A program made the translations under genes and the position numbers. 64,000 nucleotides of DNA from Caldilineae bacterium (GTDB taxonomy: Bacteria > Chloroflexota > Anaerolineae > DTLA01), in the NCBI GenBank assembly GCA_037446815.1, contig JBBIHX010000003.1, positions 291 through 64,290 of the forward strand. The letters run 5' to 3'. Below the pieces are notes generated by a model. The model did not search any database. It saw nothing but the letters and a program-made list of their open reading frames with translations, and was not told the DNA's origin. This document shows positions 9,320 through 17,591 of this stretch, one piece after another (positions within the stretch are counted from its first letter, which is position 1; the number at the start of each line of letters is the position of its first letter).

Positions 9320-11236
9320 ATGCTGAATTACCCCTGGCTCGTTCTGCTATTCCCCCTGGTGGGGGTGATCATCAATGCATTCGTTGGCCGCTACCTGGGC
9401 AAGCGGGGCGCGGGCATCCTGGCCTCGGCCATGGTGGGCCTGTCGTTTGTCGGCGCGGTCTGGATGTTCGTGGAACTCCTCGGGCTGGAAGACCGCGTCG
9501 TTACCCGCCCGCTGTTTGACTGGATTTCCGTCGGCGATTTCAACGTCCAGGTGAAACTGCTCATAGACCCCCTGTCGTCGGTGATGGCAGTGGTGGTCAG
9601 CGGCGTCTCGTTCCTCATCCACATCTATTCCATCGGCTACATGGCCCACGACGAGCGGTTCGTGCGCTTCTTCGCCTATCTCAACCTGTTCGTCTTCGCC
9701 ATGTTGACGCTGGTGCTGGCCGAGAACCTGCTGGTTACCTACGTTGGCTGGGAGGGCGTGGGGCTGTGCTCGTACCTGCTCATCGGGTTCTGGTTTGAGC
9801 GCAAGTCGGCTGCCGACGCGGGCAAGAAGGCGTTCCTGGTCAACCGCGTGGGCGACGTGGGGTTCGCCCTGGGCCTCATGCTGATGTTCGTTACCTTCGG
9901 CTCGCTGAGCATGAGCGAGGTGCTGGAGAGCACCCTGGCCGTGCGCCTGATGCCCGGCGTGGCGACGGCTATCGCGCTGCTGCTGTTCGTGGGGGCGGTG
10001 GGCAAGTCGGCGCAGATTCCGCTGTACGTCTGGTTGCCCGACGCGATGGAAGGCCCCACGCCGGTGAGCGCCCTCATCCATGCCGCGACGATGGTTACCG
10101 CCGGCGTGTACATGGTGGCCCGCACGCACACGCTCTTCGCGCTCTCGCCCTCGGCGCTGACGTGGGTGGCGGCTATCGGCGGGGTTACGGCCTTCTTCGC
10201 CGCGACCATCGCCCTGACGCAGCACGACCTGAAGCGCGTGCTGGCCTATTCCACCATCAGCCAGTTGGGGTACATGTTCCTGGGCGTGGGTGTGGGCGCC
10301 TACGCCGCGGGCATCTTCCACTTGACGACTCACGCCTTCTTCAAGGCGCTCTTGTTCCTGGGCGCGGGCAGCGTGATGCACGCCCTGGCGGGCGAGTTGG
10401 ACATCCGCAAGATGGGCGGGCTGCGCAGCAAGATTCCGGTTACGTTCTGGATATTCCTCATCGCGGCCCTGGCCATCGCGGGCTTCCCTGGCCTGGCCGG
10501 GTTCTTCAGCAAGGACGAAATCCTTTGGCAGACCTTCGCGGGCGGCAAGACGTTCCTGTGGGCGCTGGCGCTGCTGACGGCCGGCCTGACGGCGTTCTAC
10601 GTCTTCCGCTTGGTGTTCATGGTGTTCTACGGCGAGTCCAGGGTGGACAAGAAGGTGGCCGCCCACGTCCACGAGTCGCCCCGCGTGATGACCGTGCCGA
10701 TGGCGATCCTGGCGGTCTTCTCGGTGATTGGCGGCTATATCGGCGTGCCCAAGATTCTGGGCGGCGGCAACTGGATTGAGCACTACCTGGATGGCAGCCT
10801 GGGCTGGCACGCGCCGGAAGCGGCCATTGCCGAGACGGCCCATGCCTCGGCGGGCACGGAATGGGCGCTGCTCATCCTGTCGGTCATCGTGGCGCTGGCG
10901 GGCATCGCGCTGGCCTACGTGTTCTACGTGCGCCGCACCGATTTGCCCTCGCGCGTCGCCAAGAGCCTGGGCGGGCTGTACTCCCTCGTGTACAACAAGT
11001 ACAAGGTGGACGAGTTGTACATGGCCGCTATCGTCAAGCCGCTGCGGGCCATCGGGAAGTTCTTCGCGGACAGCGTGGACGGCCCCGTGGTGGACGGCAT
11101 CGCCGAAGGTATCGCGGCGTTGGTGGCGCTGATGGGGCGCGGGCTCCAGGCGCTGCAAACGGGCCTGGCGCGCAACTACGCCCTGGGCATTCTGGCGGGC
11201 GCGGTGTTGTTGCTGGTGTACGCGTTGGTGAAGTAA
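9320..11236 (+). CDS. nuoL: NADH-quinone oxidoreductase subunit L (antiporter-like)
   Basis: A 638-aa polytopic protein with an Mrp-antiporter-like core (WLPDAMEGPTPVSALIHAATMVTAGVY). Confidence 0.9.
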   Translation: MLNYPWLVLLFPLVGVIINAFVGRYLGKRGAGILASAMVGLSFVGAVWMFVELLGLEDRVVTRPLFDWISVGDFNVQVKLLIDPLSSVMAVVVSGVSFLIHIYSIGYMAHDERFVRFFAYLNLFVFAMLTLVLAENLLVTYVGWEGVGLCSYLLIGFWFERKSAADAGKKAFLVNRVGDVGFALGLMLMFVTFGSLSMSEVLESTLAVRLMPGVATAIALLLFVGAVGKSAQIPLYVWLPDAMEGPTPVSALIHAATMVTAGVYMVARTHTLFALSPSALTWVAAIGGVTAFFAATIALTQHDLKRVLAYSTISQLGYMFLGVGVGAYAAGIFHLTTHAFFKALLFLGAGSVMHALAGELDIRKMGGLRSKIPVTFWIFLIAALAIAGFPGLAGFFSKDEILWQTFAGGKTFLWALALLTAGLTAFYVFRLVFMVFYGESRVDKKVAAHVHESPRVMTVPMAILAVFSVIGGYIGVPKILGGGNWIEHYLDGSLGWHAPEAAIAETAHASAGTEWALLILSVIVALAGIALAYVFYVRRTDLPSRVAKSLGGLYSLVYNKYKVDELYMAAIVKPLRAIGKFFADSVDGPVVDGIAEGIAALVALMGRGLQALQTGLARNYALGILAGAVLLLVYALVK

Positions 11237-11327
11237 AGCAAGCAGCGGTCAGCAATCAGCGGTTGGCTATCGGAATGGCTGACGGCTGAGTGCTCGCAAA
11301 GACAGTAACCAAGGAGACTCGGCGAAG

Positions 11328-12815
11328 ATGAATCAAATGGGCTTTCCACTCCTGACGCTGGTGGTCTGGCTGCCCCTATTGGGCGCTGTCCTGGCCTATG
11401 CATTCCGCCGCGAGCAGGTGAAGGCGGTCAAGACCTGGGCGCTGGCCGTAACCGGAATCACGTTTGTCCTGGCCGTGCTGTTGTGGGTCTTCTTCGCGCC
11501 GACCGAGGCGGGCTACCAGTTTGTGGATCGGGCCGCGTGGATTCCGCAGTTCGGGCTTGAGTACGCGCTGGGGGTGGATGGCATCAGCCTGTTCCTCGTC
11601 ATCCTGGCGGCGCTGCTGTTCGTCGTGGCGGTGCTGACCTCATGGCGGCTCGTCCCAGCCGAGGGGCTGCGCGGCTACTTCGCGCTGTTGCTCTTCATGG
11701 AGACGGGCGTGCTGGGCGTGTTCACGGCGCTGGATCTCGTGCTGTTCTACGTGTTCTGGGAAGTGATGCTGGTGCCGGCGTTCTTCCTCATCGGACGGTG
11801 GGGCGGCGCAAAACGCGTGCGGGCGGCCACCAAGTTCTTCATCTACACCATGGCCGGCTCGGCCCTCATGCTGGTCGCCATCCTGGCACTGGGGTACGCG
11901 GCGTATTCAGCCACGGGCGCGTGGACGTTCAACATCGCCGATTTGGCCGGGATGCGCATCCCGTGGTACACGCAGTTGGCGCTGTTCGGCGCGTTTGCGC
12001 TGGCGTTTGCGGTGAAGGCGCCTTTGGTGCCGTTCCACACCTGGCTGCCCGACGCCTACGTGGAAGCGCCCACGCCCGTAACGATTCTCCTGGCGGGCAT
12101 CCTGGGCAAGATGGGCGTGTACGGGTTCATCCGCTTCGCGATTCCGCTGTTCCGCGACGCGGCGGTGTTCTTCGCGCCCACGATTCAGATTCTGGCCGTC
12201 GTCGGCGTCCTGTACGGCTCGCTCATCGCGCTGGTGCAGACCGACCTGAAGCGGTTGGTGGCCTACTCCAGTTTGGCGCATGTTTCGCTCATCGTGCTGG
12301 GGCTGTTCGCGGTGAATGCGCAGTCCATGTCGGGCGCGGTGTTCCAGTCGGTGAGCCACGGCATCTACATCGCGGCGCTGTTTGCGCTGCTGGGTGCGCT
12401 GGAGGCCCGCAAGGGCACCCGCGACATCGCGGCGTTCGGCGGCGTGTGGAAGGCCGCGCCGGTGATGGGATTCTTCTTGCTTATCGCGGTGCTGGCGTCG
12501 GTGGGCCTGCCTGGGCTGAACGCCTTCGCGGGCGAGTTTGTGCTCCTGCTGGGCGTGTTCAAGGCGCAGAAGGTTTTCGCCGTCCTGGGCGCGCTGGGGA
12601 TGATCTTCGGCGCGTGGTACATGCTCACGCTGTTCCAGCGGGTGATGCAGGGCGCGGCGAAGCCCGAAGCCCTGGCCGACCTGACAGGGCTGGAGAGGGT
12701 AACCGTGGCGCCGCTGCTGTTGTTGGCGTTGGTCTTCGGCGTCCAGCCCAACCTGCTCTACGGCATCATCGTTCCGGCAGTGGAGGCGGTGGTCAAAGCG
12801 GTGGCCTCACGTTAG
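11328..12815 (+). CDS. nuoM: NADH-quinone oxidoreductase subunit M (antiporter-like)
   Basis: A 495-aa protein with the motif WLPDAYVEAPTPVTILLAGILGKMGVYGFIRF. Confidence 0.9.
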   Translation: MNQMGFPLLTLVVWLPLLGAVLAYAFRREQVKAVKTWALAVTGITFVLAVLLWVFFAPTEAGYQFVDRAAWIPQFGLEYALGVDGISLFLVILAALLFVVAVLTSWRLVPAEGLRGYFALLLFMETGVLGVFTALDLVLFYVFWEVMLVPAFFLIGRWGGAKRVRAATKFFIYTMAGSALMLVAILALGYAAYSATGAWTFNIADLAGMRIPWYTQLALFGAFALAFAVKAPLVPFHTWLPDAYVEAPTPVTILLAGILGKMGVYGFIRFAIPLFRDAAVFFAPTIQILAVVGVLYGSLIALVQTDLKRLVAYSSLAHVSLIVLGLFAVNAQSMSGAVFQSVSHGIYIAALFALLGALEARKGTRDIAAFGGVWKAAPVMGFFLLIAVLASVGLPGLNAFAGEFVLLLGVFKAQKVFAVLGALGMIFGAWYMLTLFQRVMQGAAKPEALADLTGLERVTVAPLLLLALVFGVQPNLLYGIIVPAVEAVVKAVASR

Positions 12816-12889
12816 CCGAATCGCGCTAGGCTCTAGGGGTCGGCGCGTTTCCCGAAGTCTGCCGATGTTCTTTGCGGAGGAAGACGTTC

Positions 12890-14335
12890 ATGGCGATTGA
12901 TCTACAGGTTCTCGCTCCGGAAGCGATTATCCTGGCGGTTGTGCTCCTGGCCCTGCTCCTCAACGCGCTGGGCGGCAAGCGGAGCACCGCGGCGATGGGC
13001 TGGCTGGCGCTGGTGGGGGTGATTCTCGCCGGAGCGGCCTCGCTCTACTACTGGGGGGATACGGCGCCCACCTTCCAGGGCATGGTGGGGGCGGATGGGT
13101 ATGGCCTCTTCGCCAACGTCGTGTTCCTGCTGGCGGCCGGCCTCGCCATCCTCATGGGGCTGGAAGCGGTGCGGCGATTTGACCTGCCCGCCGAGGTCTT
13201 CGTCCTCATCCTCATCGCGACCCTCGGCATGATGCTCCTGGGTTCGGCCATCAACCTGGTCGCGGTATTCCTGGCGCTGGAGATTCTCTCCATTTCGCTG
13301 TATGTGCTCACCGCGTCGGAGCGGGACGAGTGGCGCTCGCTGGAAGCGGGCATGAAGTACTTCATCCTGGGCGGGTTTGCGTCGGGATTCCTGCTGTTCG
13401 GCATCGCCATGATTTACGGGGCCACGGGCACGTTCTCGCTGGCCGCCGTGGGCGCGCAGGGGGCGTCGCTGTCGGCTCTGCGCGATGCGCCGCTCCTGGC
13501 CGCTGGGCTGATCTTCCTGCTCATCGGGTTCGCCTTCAAGGTAGCGCTGGTGCCGTTCCAGATGTGGACGCCCGATGTGTATGAGGGCGCGCCGTCGCTG
13601 GTAACCGCGTTCATGTCGGCGGGTGCCAAGGCGGCGGGGTTCGTCGCACTGATTCGCATCCTGGAGACCGCCTTCCCCTACTGGCGCGCCGAATGGGGCC
13701 TTGCGTTGGCGGTCATCGCCGTGCTGACCATGACGTGGGGCAACATGGCGGCCCTGGGCCAGCGAAGCGTCAAGCGCATGTTGGCCTACTCGTCCATCGC
13801 CCATGCGGGGTACATCGTCATCGGCGTGGCCGTGGCGGGCCGCGCGGGCTACGCCAGCGTGCTGTTCTACCTCATCTGCTACACGCTGATGAACGTGGGC
13901 GCCTTCGCGGTGATTCTGGCGATGGGGCACAAGTCGGCCCCCAACGAGGACATAGACGACTACGCCGGGCTGATACGGCGCAAGCCCGGGTTGGCTTTGG
14001 CCATGGGGCTGTTCATGCTGGCCCTGGCGGGCATTCCCCTCACGGCCGGGTTCCTGGCCAAGTTGTACGTCTTCTCCGCGGCGGTGGTGGAAGGGTACGC
14101 CTGGCTCGCCGCGGTTGCGCTCGTGAACGCGGTGATTTCCGCGTACTACTATCTGCGCGTGGCCGGGCGGATGTTCTTCGGCGAGGCGCGGGCGAATGCC
14201 TCGCCTGTCCACGTGTCGGCGCCGCTGGGCGTGGCGCTGGCGCTGACGGGCCTGCTGACGGTGATCCTGGGCGTGTATCCCGCGCCGCTCCTGAACCTCA
14301 TCCAGGCGGCGATACGCCCCATCGTTGGATTCTAG
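12890..14335 (+). CDS. nuoN: NADH-quinone oxidoreductase subunit N (antiporter-like)
   Basis: The ORF 12872..14335 carries the motif WTPDVYEGAPSLVTAFMSAGAKAAGF. The likely start is ATG 12890, 8 nt after a GGAGG RBS. Confidence 0.9.
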   Translation: MAIDLQVLAPEAIILAVVLLALLLNALGGKRSTAAMGWLALVGVILAGAASLYYWGDTAPTFQGMVGADGYGLFANVVFLLAAGLAILMGLEAVRRFDLPAEVFVLILIATLGMMLLGSAINLVAVFLALEILSISLYVLTASERDEWRSLEAGMKYFILGGFASGFLLFGIAMIYGATGTFSLAAVGAQGASLSALRDAPLLAAGLIFLLIGFAFKVALVPFQMWTPDVYEGAPSLVTAFMSAGAKAAGFVALIRILETAFPYWRAEWGLALAVIAVLTMTWGNMAALGQRSVKRMLAYSSIAHAGYIVIGVAVAGRAGYASVLFYLICYTLMNVGAFAVILAMGHKSAPNEDIDDYAGLIRRKPGLALAMGLFMLALAGIPLTAGFLAKLYVFSAAVVEGYAWLAAVALVNAVISAYYYLRVAGRMFFGEARANASPVHVSAPLGVALALTGLLTVILGVYPAPLLNLIQAAIRPIVGF

Positions 14336-14352
14336 GGAGCAAAGCACGGTGC

Positions 14353-14390
14353 GAACACGCTATCTCTTTGCGAGATAGCGTGTTTTGCTT
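14353..14390 (+). terminator. Rho-independent terminator of the nuo operon
   Basis: A perfect 13-bp inverted repeat GAACACGCTATCTC-TTTGC-GAGATAGCGTGTT is followed by TTGCTT, 18 nt after the nuoN stop. Confidence 0.75.
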
Positions 14391-14426
14391 ATGCAGCAGT
14401 GCCAATCTCTTCTACGGAGGTGCGCC

Positions 14427-15737
14427 GTGAAACTGGACTACAAGAAGACGTTCACGCTGGGGTTTGGCTTCCTGGGCATCAGCCTGCTGTGGGCGCTGTA
14501 CAACGCGTATGTGCCCATCTTCCTGCAGTCGGGCAACGCGGAGTTCACGCGCAAACTGCTGGAAGCAGGCAAGGCGCTGCCGACCGTGGCGGGGTTCGGG
14601 TTGAGCGCGGGCGTCGCGGGGTTCATCATGACGCTGGACAACATCGCGGCGGTGTTCATCCAGCCGTGGATCGGCGTCCGCAGCGACAAGACGCGCACAC
14701 GCTGGGGGCGGCGCATGCCGTACATCATGGTCGGCGCGCCTATCGCGGCGGTGGCCTTCGCGGCCATCCCGTTCGTCGTGAAGGCGATTCCGGAGTCGCT
14801 CAACGGCCAGTTGGGCCAGATGACGGGCCTGTTCGCGCTGTTCGTGCTGGTCATCGGCGTGATGCTTCTGGCCATGAGCATCTTCCGCACGCCGGTCATC
14901 GCCCTAATGCCCGACATCATCCCGTCGCCCCTGCGGAGCAAGGCCAACGGCGTCATCAACCTCATGGGCGGCGTGGGGTCGCTCCTGGCGTTTTTCGGCG
15001 GCTCGGTGCTGTACAACATAACCCCCATCCTGCCGTTCGTGGTGGGCGCGGTGGTGATGCTGGGGGCCTGCGCCGTGGTCGTGTGGCGCATCAAGGAGCC
15101 GAAGGAGTTCCCGCAGGACCCCGAGGAGAAACCCTTGGGCGTCATCGGGAACCTGAAGGAGGTGCTGGCCGACCGCGACCGAAGCGCCATCCGCATCCTG
15201 CTGGCCATCTTCTTCTGGTTCCTGGCGTTCAACGCGCTGGAGACGTTCTTCACGTCCTACGGCGTGTTCTACCTGGGCATCAGCGAGAGCCGCGCGGCGC
15301 TCCTCCTGGGGTTCTTCTCAGTGTCGTTCATCATCTTCTCCATCCCGGCGGGGTTCATCGCCACCAAGTTCGGGCGCAAGCGGACGATTCTCACGGGCCT
15401 TGTGTCGCTGGCCGTGCTGCTGTTCCTGGGCTACTGGATTCCCAACGTAACCTTCATCACGGTCATGTTGGTACTGGCCGGGTTCGCGTGGGCGCTCATC
15501 AACATCAACTCGCTGCCCATGGTGGTGGACATCGCGCCGCAGAGCCGCCTGGGTTCGTACACCGGCCTGTACTACTTCTTCTCGGCGTCGGCGGCCATCG
15601 TGGGGCCCATCGTGGCCGGGGCGCTGGTGGACTGGGTCGGCGCGTACAACGTGATTCTGCTGTCGTCGCCGGTGTTCGCGCTCATTGCGGGGCTGTTCAT
15701 GCTGGGGGTTACGCGGGGCGAAGCCATCGCGGAGTAG
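14427..15737 (+). CDS. MFS-type transporter (about 12 TM)
   Basis: Hydrophobic ORF. The probable start is GTG 14427 (VKLDYKKT...) with a GGAGG RBS 8 nt upstream. The track ORF starting at 14385 would begin inside the nuo terminator hairpin. Confidence 0.75.
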   Translation: MKLDYKKTFTLGFGFLGISLLWALYNAYVPIFLQSGNAEFTRKLLEAGKALPTVAGFGLSAGVAGFIMTLDNIAAVFIQPWIGVRSDKTRTRWGRRMPYIMVGAPIAAVAFAAIPFVVKAIPESLNGQLGQMTGLFALFVLVIGVMLLAMSIFRTPVIALMPDIIPSPLRSKANGVINLMGGVGSLLAFFGGSVLYNITPILPFVVGAVVMLGACAVVVWRIKEPKEFPQDPEEKPLGVIGNLKEVLADRDRSAIRILLAIFFWFLAFNALETFFTSYGVFYLGISESRAALLLGFFSVSFIIFSIPAGFIATKFGRKRTILTGLVSLAVLLFLGYWIPNVTFITVMLVLAGFAWALININSLPMVVDIAPQSRLGSYTGLYYFFSASAAIVGPIVAGALVDWVGAYNVILLSSPVFALIAGLFMLGVTRGEAIAE

Positions 15738-15745
15738 GAAAATCT

Positions 15746-15906
15746 CACCGCGGAGACGGAGAGGACGCGGAGATTGAATTGATTTCCTCTGCGTGCTCCC
15801 TGCCTCTGCGGTGGATTGTTGTTCCACCGCAAAGTGTTCACCGGAGAGACGGAGAGGACGCAGAGATTGAATAGATTTCCTCTGCACACTCCCTGCCTCC
15901 GCGGTG
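15746..15906. repeat. Two tandem copies (93-bp period) of a 68-69-bp palindromic mini-element with terminal inverted ends CACCGCGGAG...CTC(T/C)GCGGTG
   Basis: Unit 1 (15746-15814) and unit 2 (15839-15906) are about 85% identical. They lie in the MFS-thyX intergenic region. Confidence 0.7.
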
Positions 15907-15985
15907 AACCGAGAATCGCCCCCGCGTTTGCCGGGCCGCGCAGGGCCGATGTATAATGCCGCATCCTCACCCACCGGAGGACGGC

Positions 15986-16603
15986 ATGCAGGTTGAACTC
16001 ATCGCCATCACCCGCTACTTGCGCGGCAATGGCACGCCCGAGGAACTCCTGGAGCACGCGGGGCGGGTGTGCTACCGCTCGGAGCCGCGGGGCGAGCCGG
16101 GCAAGTTCCTCATGGCGCGCGTCCGCGAAGGACACGAGAGCCTGATTGAGCACGCCTCGGCCACCTTTGAGATTTCGGGCGTCTCGCGCGCCTGCACCCA
16201 CCAACTGGTGCGCCACCGCATCGCCAGTTACTCCCAGGAGTCGCAGCGGTACGTGGACCTGTCCAACCCGGAGTATGTAGTTCCGCCATCCGTCGCCAAC
16301 GACCCGGAGGCCATGGCGGTTTGGCAGAAGGCAACGGAGGGCCTGGCGGAGGCGTACCGCCGATTGCGGGAGCGTGGCATTTTCAAAGAAGACGCGCGTT
16401 TCCTGTTGCCCAACGCCACGGCGACCCGCATCGTGGTTACGATGAATTTCCGTTCGTGGCGGCACTTCATCAAGATGCGGGGATTGGACCGCGCGGCGCA
16501 ATGGGAAATCCGCGAAGTCGCCAACCGCATCCTGGACATCCTGTACGAGCAAGCGCCATCGGTCTTTGAGGATTTGATTCGTGAGCGAGCGGCCAAGTCT
16601 TGA
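15986..16603 (+). CDS. thyX: Flavin-dependent thymidylate synthase
   Basis: The ThyX signature RHRxxSxxxxSxRY is present as [14 protein letters not shown]. The likely start is ATG 15986 ([11 protein letters not shown]) after a GGAGGA RBS. Confidence 0.85.
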   Translation: MQVELIAITRYLRGNGTPEELLEHAGRVCYRSEPRGEPGKFLMARVREGHESLIEHASATFEISGVSRACTHQLVRHRIASYSQESQRYVDLSNPEYVVPPSVANDPEAMAVWQKATEGLAEAYRRLRERGIFKEDARFLLPNATATRIVVTMNFRSWRHFIKMRGLDRAAQWEIREVANRILDILYEQAPSVFEDLIRERAAKS

Positions 16604-17027
16604 CGCCTACTTCATGCACATCGCCCGCGTGGTGGCGAGTCGCTCCACGTGCCTGCACCGCAACGTCGGCGCGGTCATCGTCAAGGGCAAGCAGATCGTG
16701 TCCACGGGGTACAACGGCGCGCCCGCGGGCCAGCCCCACTGCCTGGACATCGGGTGCGCGCGCGAGGGCGTTCCATCGGGCCAGCGGTCCGAACTATGCC
16801 GCGGGGCCCATGCCGAGCAGAACGCCATCAACTTCGCGGCGCGGTTCGGCATCAGCATAGAGGGGGCTACGCTGTACACCACCCACTTCCCGTGCTCGTG
16901 GTGCGCCAAGAGCATCGTGAACGCGGGGATTCGACGCGTGGTGTACGCCGAGGACTACCCCGACCCGCTGGCAAAGGCAATCCTGGCGGGGATAGAGGTG
17001 GTGCGCGCGGGGGATGGAGGAGAGTAG
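16581..17027 (+). CDS. dCMP deaminase (cytidine/deoxycytidylate deaminase family)
   Basis: Zinc-binding CDA motifs HAEQNAI and PCSWCAKSI. The ORF overlaps the thyX stop by 23 nt, and the pair is functionally coupled (dUMP supply). Confidence 0.8.
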   Translation: MSERPSLDAYFMHIARVVASRSTCLHRNVGAVIVKGKQIVSTGYNGAPAGQPHCLDIGCAREGVPSGQRSELCRGAHAEQNAINFAARFGISIEGATLYTTHFPCSWCAKSIVNAGIRRVVYAEDYPDPLAKAILAGIEVVRAGDGGE

Positions 17028-17081
17028 AGGGCTATTTCCAGCCTATGGAGATAAAGCAATGGAGAAGTGTTGCTGATGGTC

Positions 17082-17342
17082 TTAGGCATCGCCGCGTTCC
17101 ATGTCCTGCAATTCTGCTTCAAACGGGCACACCTTGTAGCGTCCGAGCGCCAGCAGGAACTCCACGCGTGTCATCCCGGCCAGTTCAGCGGCTCTTCCCG
17201 ATGAGAGACGGCCCAGTTCGTACAGTTTGACCGCGGCCAGGGTCCGCAATTCGCGTGCGAATGAGGCCTCATCGCTCTTCTCCGCGAGCAAGATCTTCTC
17301 AGGGATATCCAACAGAACTCGCCGTGTCGTCATCTTCGCCAT
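17082..17342 (-). CDS. UPF0175-family antitoxin-like protein
   Basis: The C-terminal ...AAVKLYELGRLSSGRAAELAGMTRVEFLLALGRYKV matches the UPF0175 family by eye. The probable start is at MAKMTTRR. Confidence 0.6.
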   Translation of the reverse strand: MAKMTTRRVLLDIPEKILLAEKSDEASFARELRTLAAVKLYELGRLSSGRAAELAGMTRVEFLLALGRYKVCPFEAELQDMERGDA

Positions 17343-17553
17343 CCTTTCCACCAGCAGTATAAGGCAAAGAGGCTCGCAAGTCAATGCCCTTGCTCTGCTG
17401 TACCAGCAAGCGCCCGCGTCTGTCTGGAAGGTCCCGCGCTGACCAGTCGCCCAGATCTCGGTACGCCTGATATGCCCGGCGGTAGAGTTCCCTGTCCAGT
17501 TCCACAGCGGGCTTCCACAACACCGTGTCCGTCGTTTCCAGCGCGTAGTACAC
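17299..17553 (-). CDS. Hypothetical small protein upstream of and overlapping the UPF0175 gene
   Basis: An 84-aa ORF overlaps the next gene by 44 nt. No domain was recognised, so it may be spurious or a remnant. Confidence 0.25.
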   Translation of the reverse strand: MYYALETTDTVLWKPAVELDRELYRRAYQAYRDLGDWSARDLPDRRGRLLVQQSKGIDLRASLPYTAGGKDGEDDDTASSVGYP

Positions 17554-17591
17554 GGCAGACCGGCCCGAGAATCAACGTGGGCGTCGGCACA

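Noticed and set aside
14385-15737. MFS gene starting at ATG 14385 as in the ORF track
   Set aside because: That start lies inside the nuo terminator hairpin. A GTG at 14427 with a GGAGG RBS is more plausible.
14399-15874. 491-aa alternative-frame ORF overlapping the MFS gene
   Set aside because: Arg/Gly-rich, non-membrane-like translation in the +1 frame of a clearly hydrophobic transporter ORF.
15746-15906. Possible CRISPR array
   Set aside because: Only two repeat units are present. The units are themselves palindromic with TIR-like ends, there is no regular spacer structure and there are no cas genes. I classified it as REP/MITE-like.
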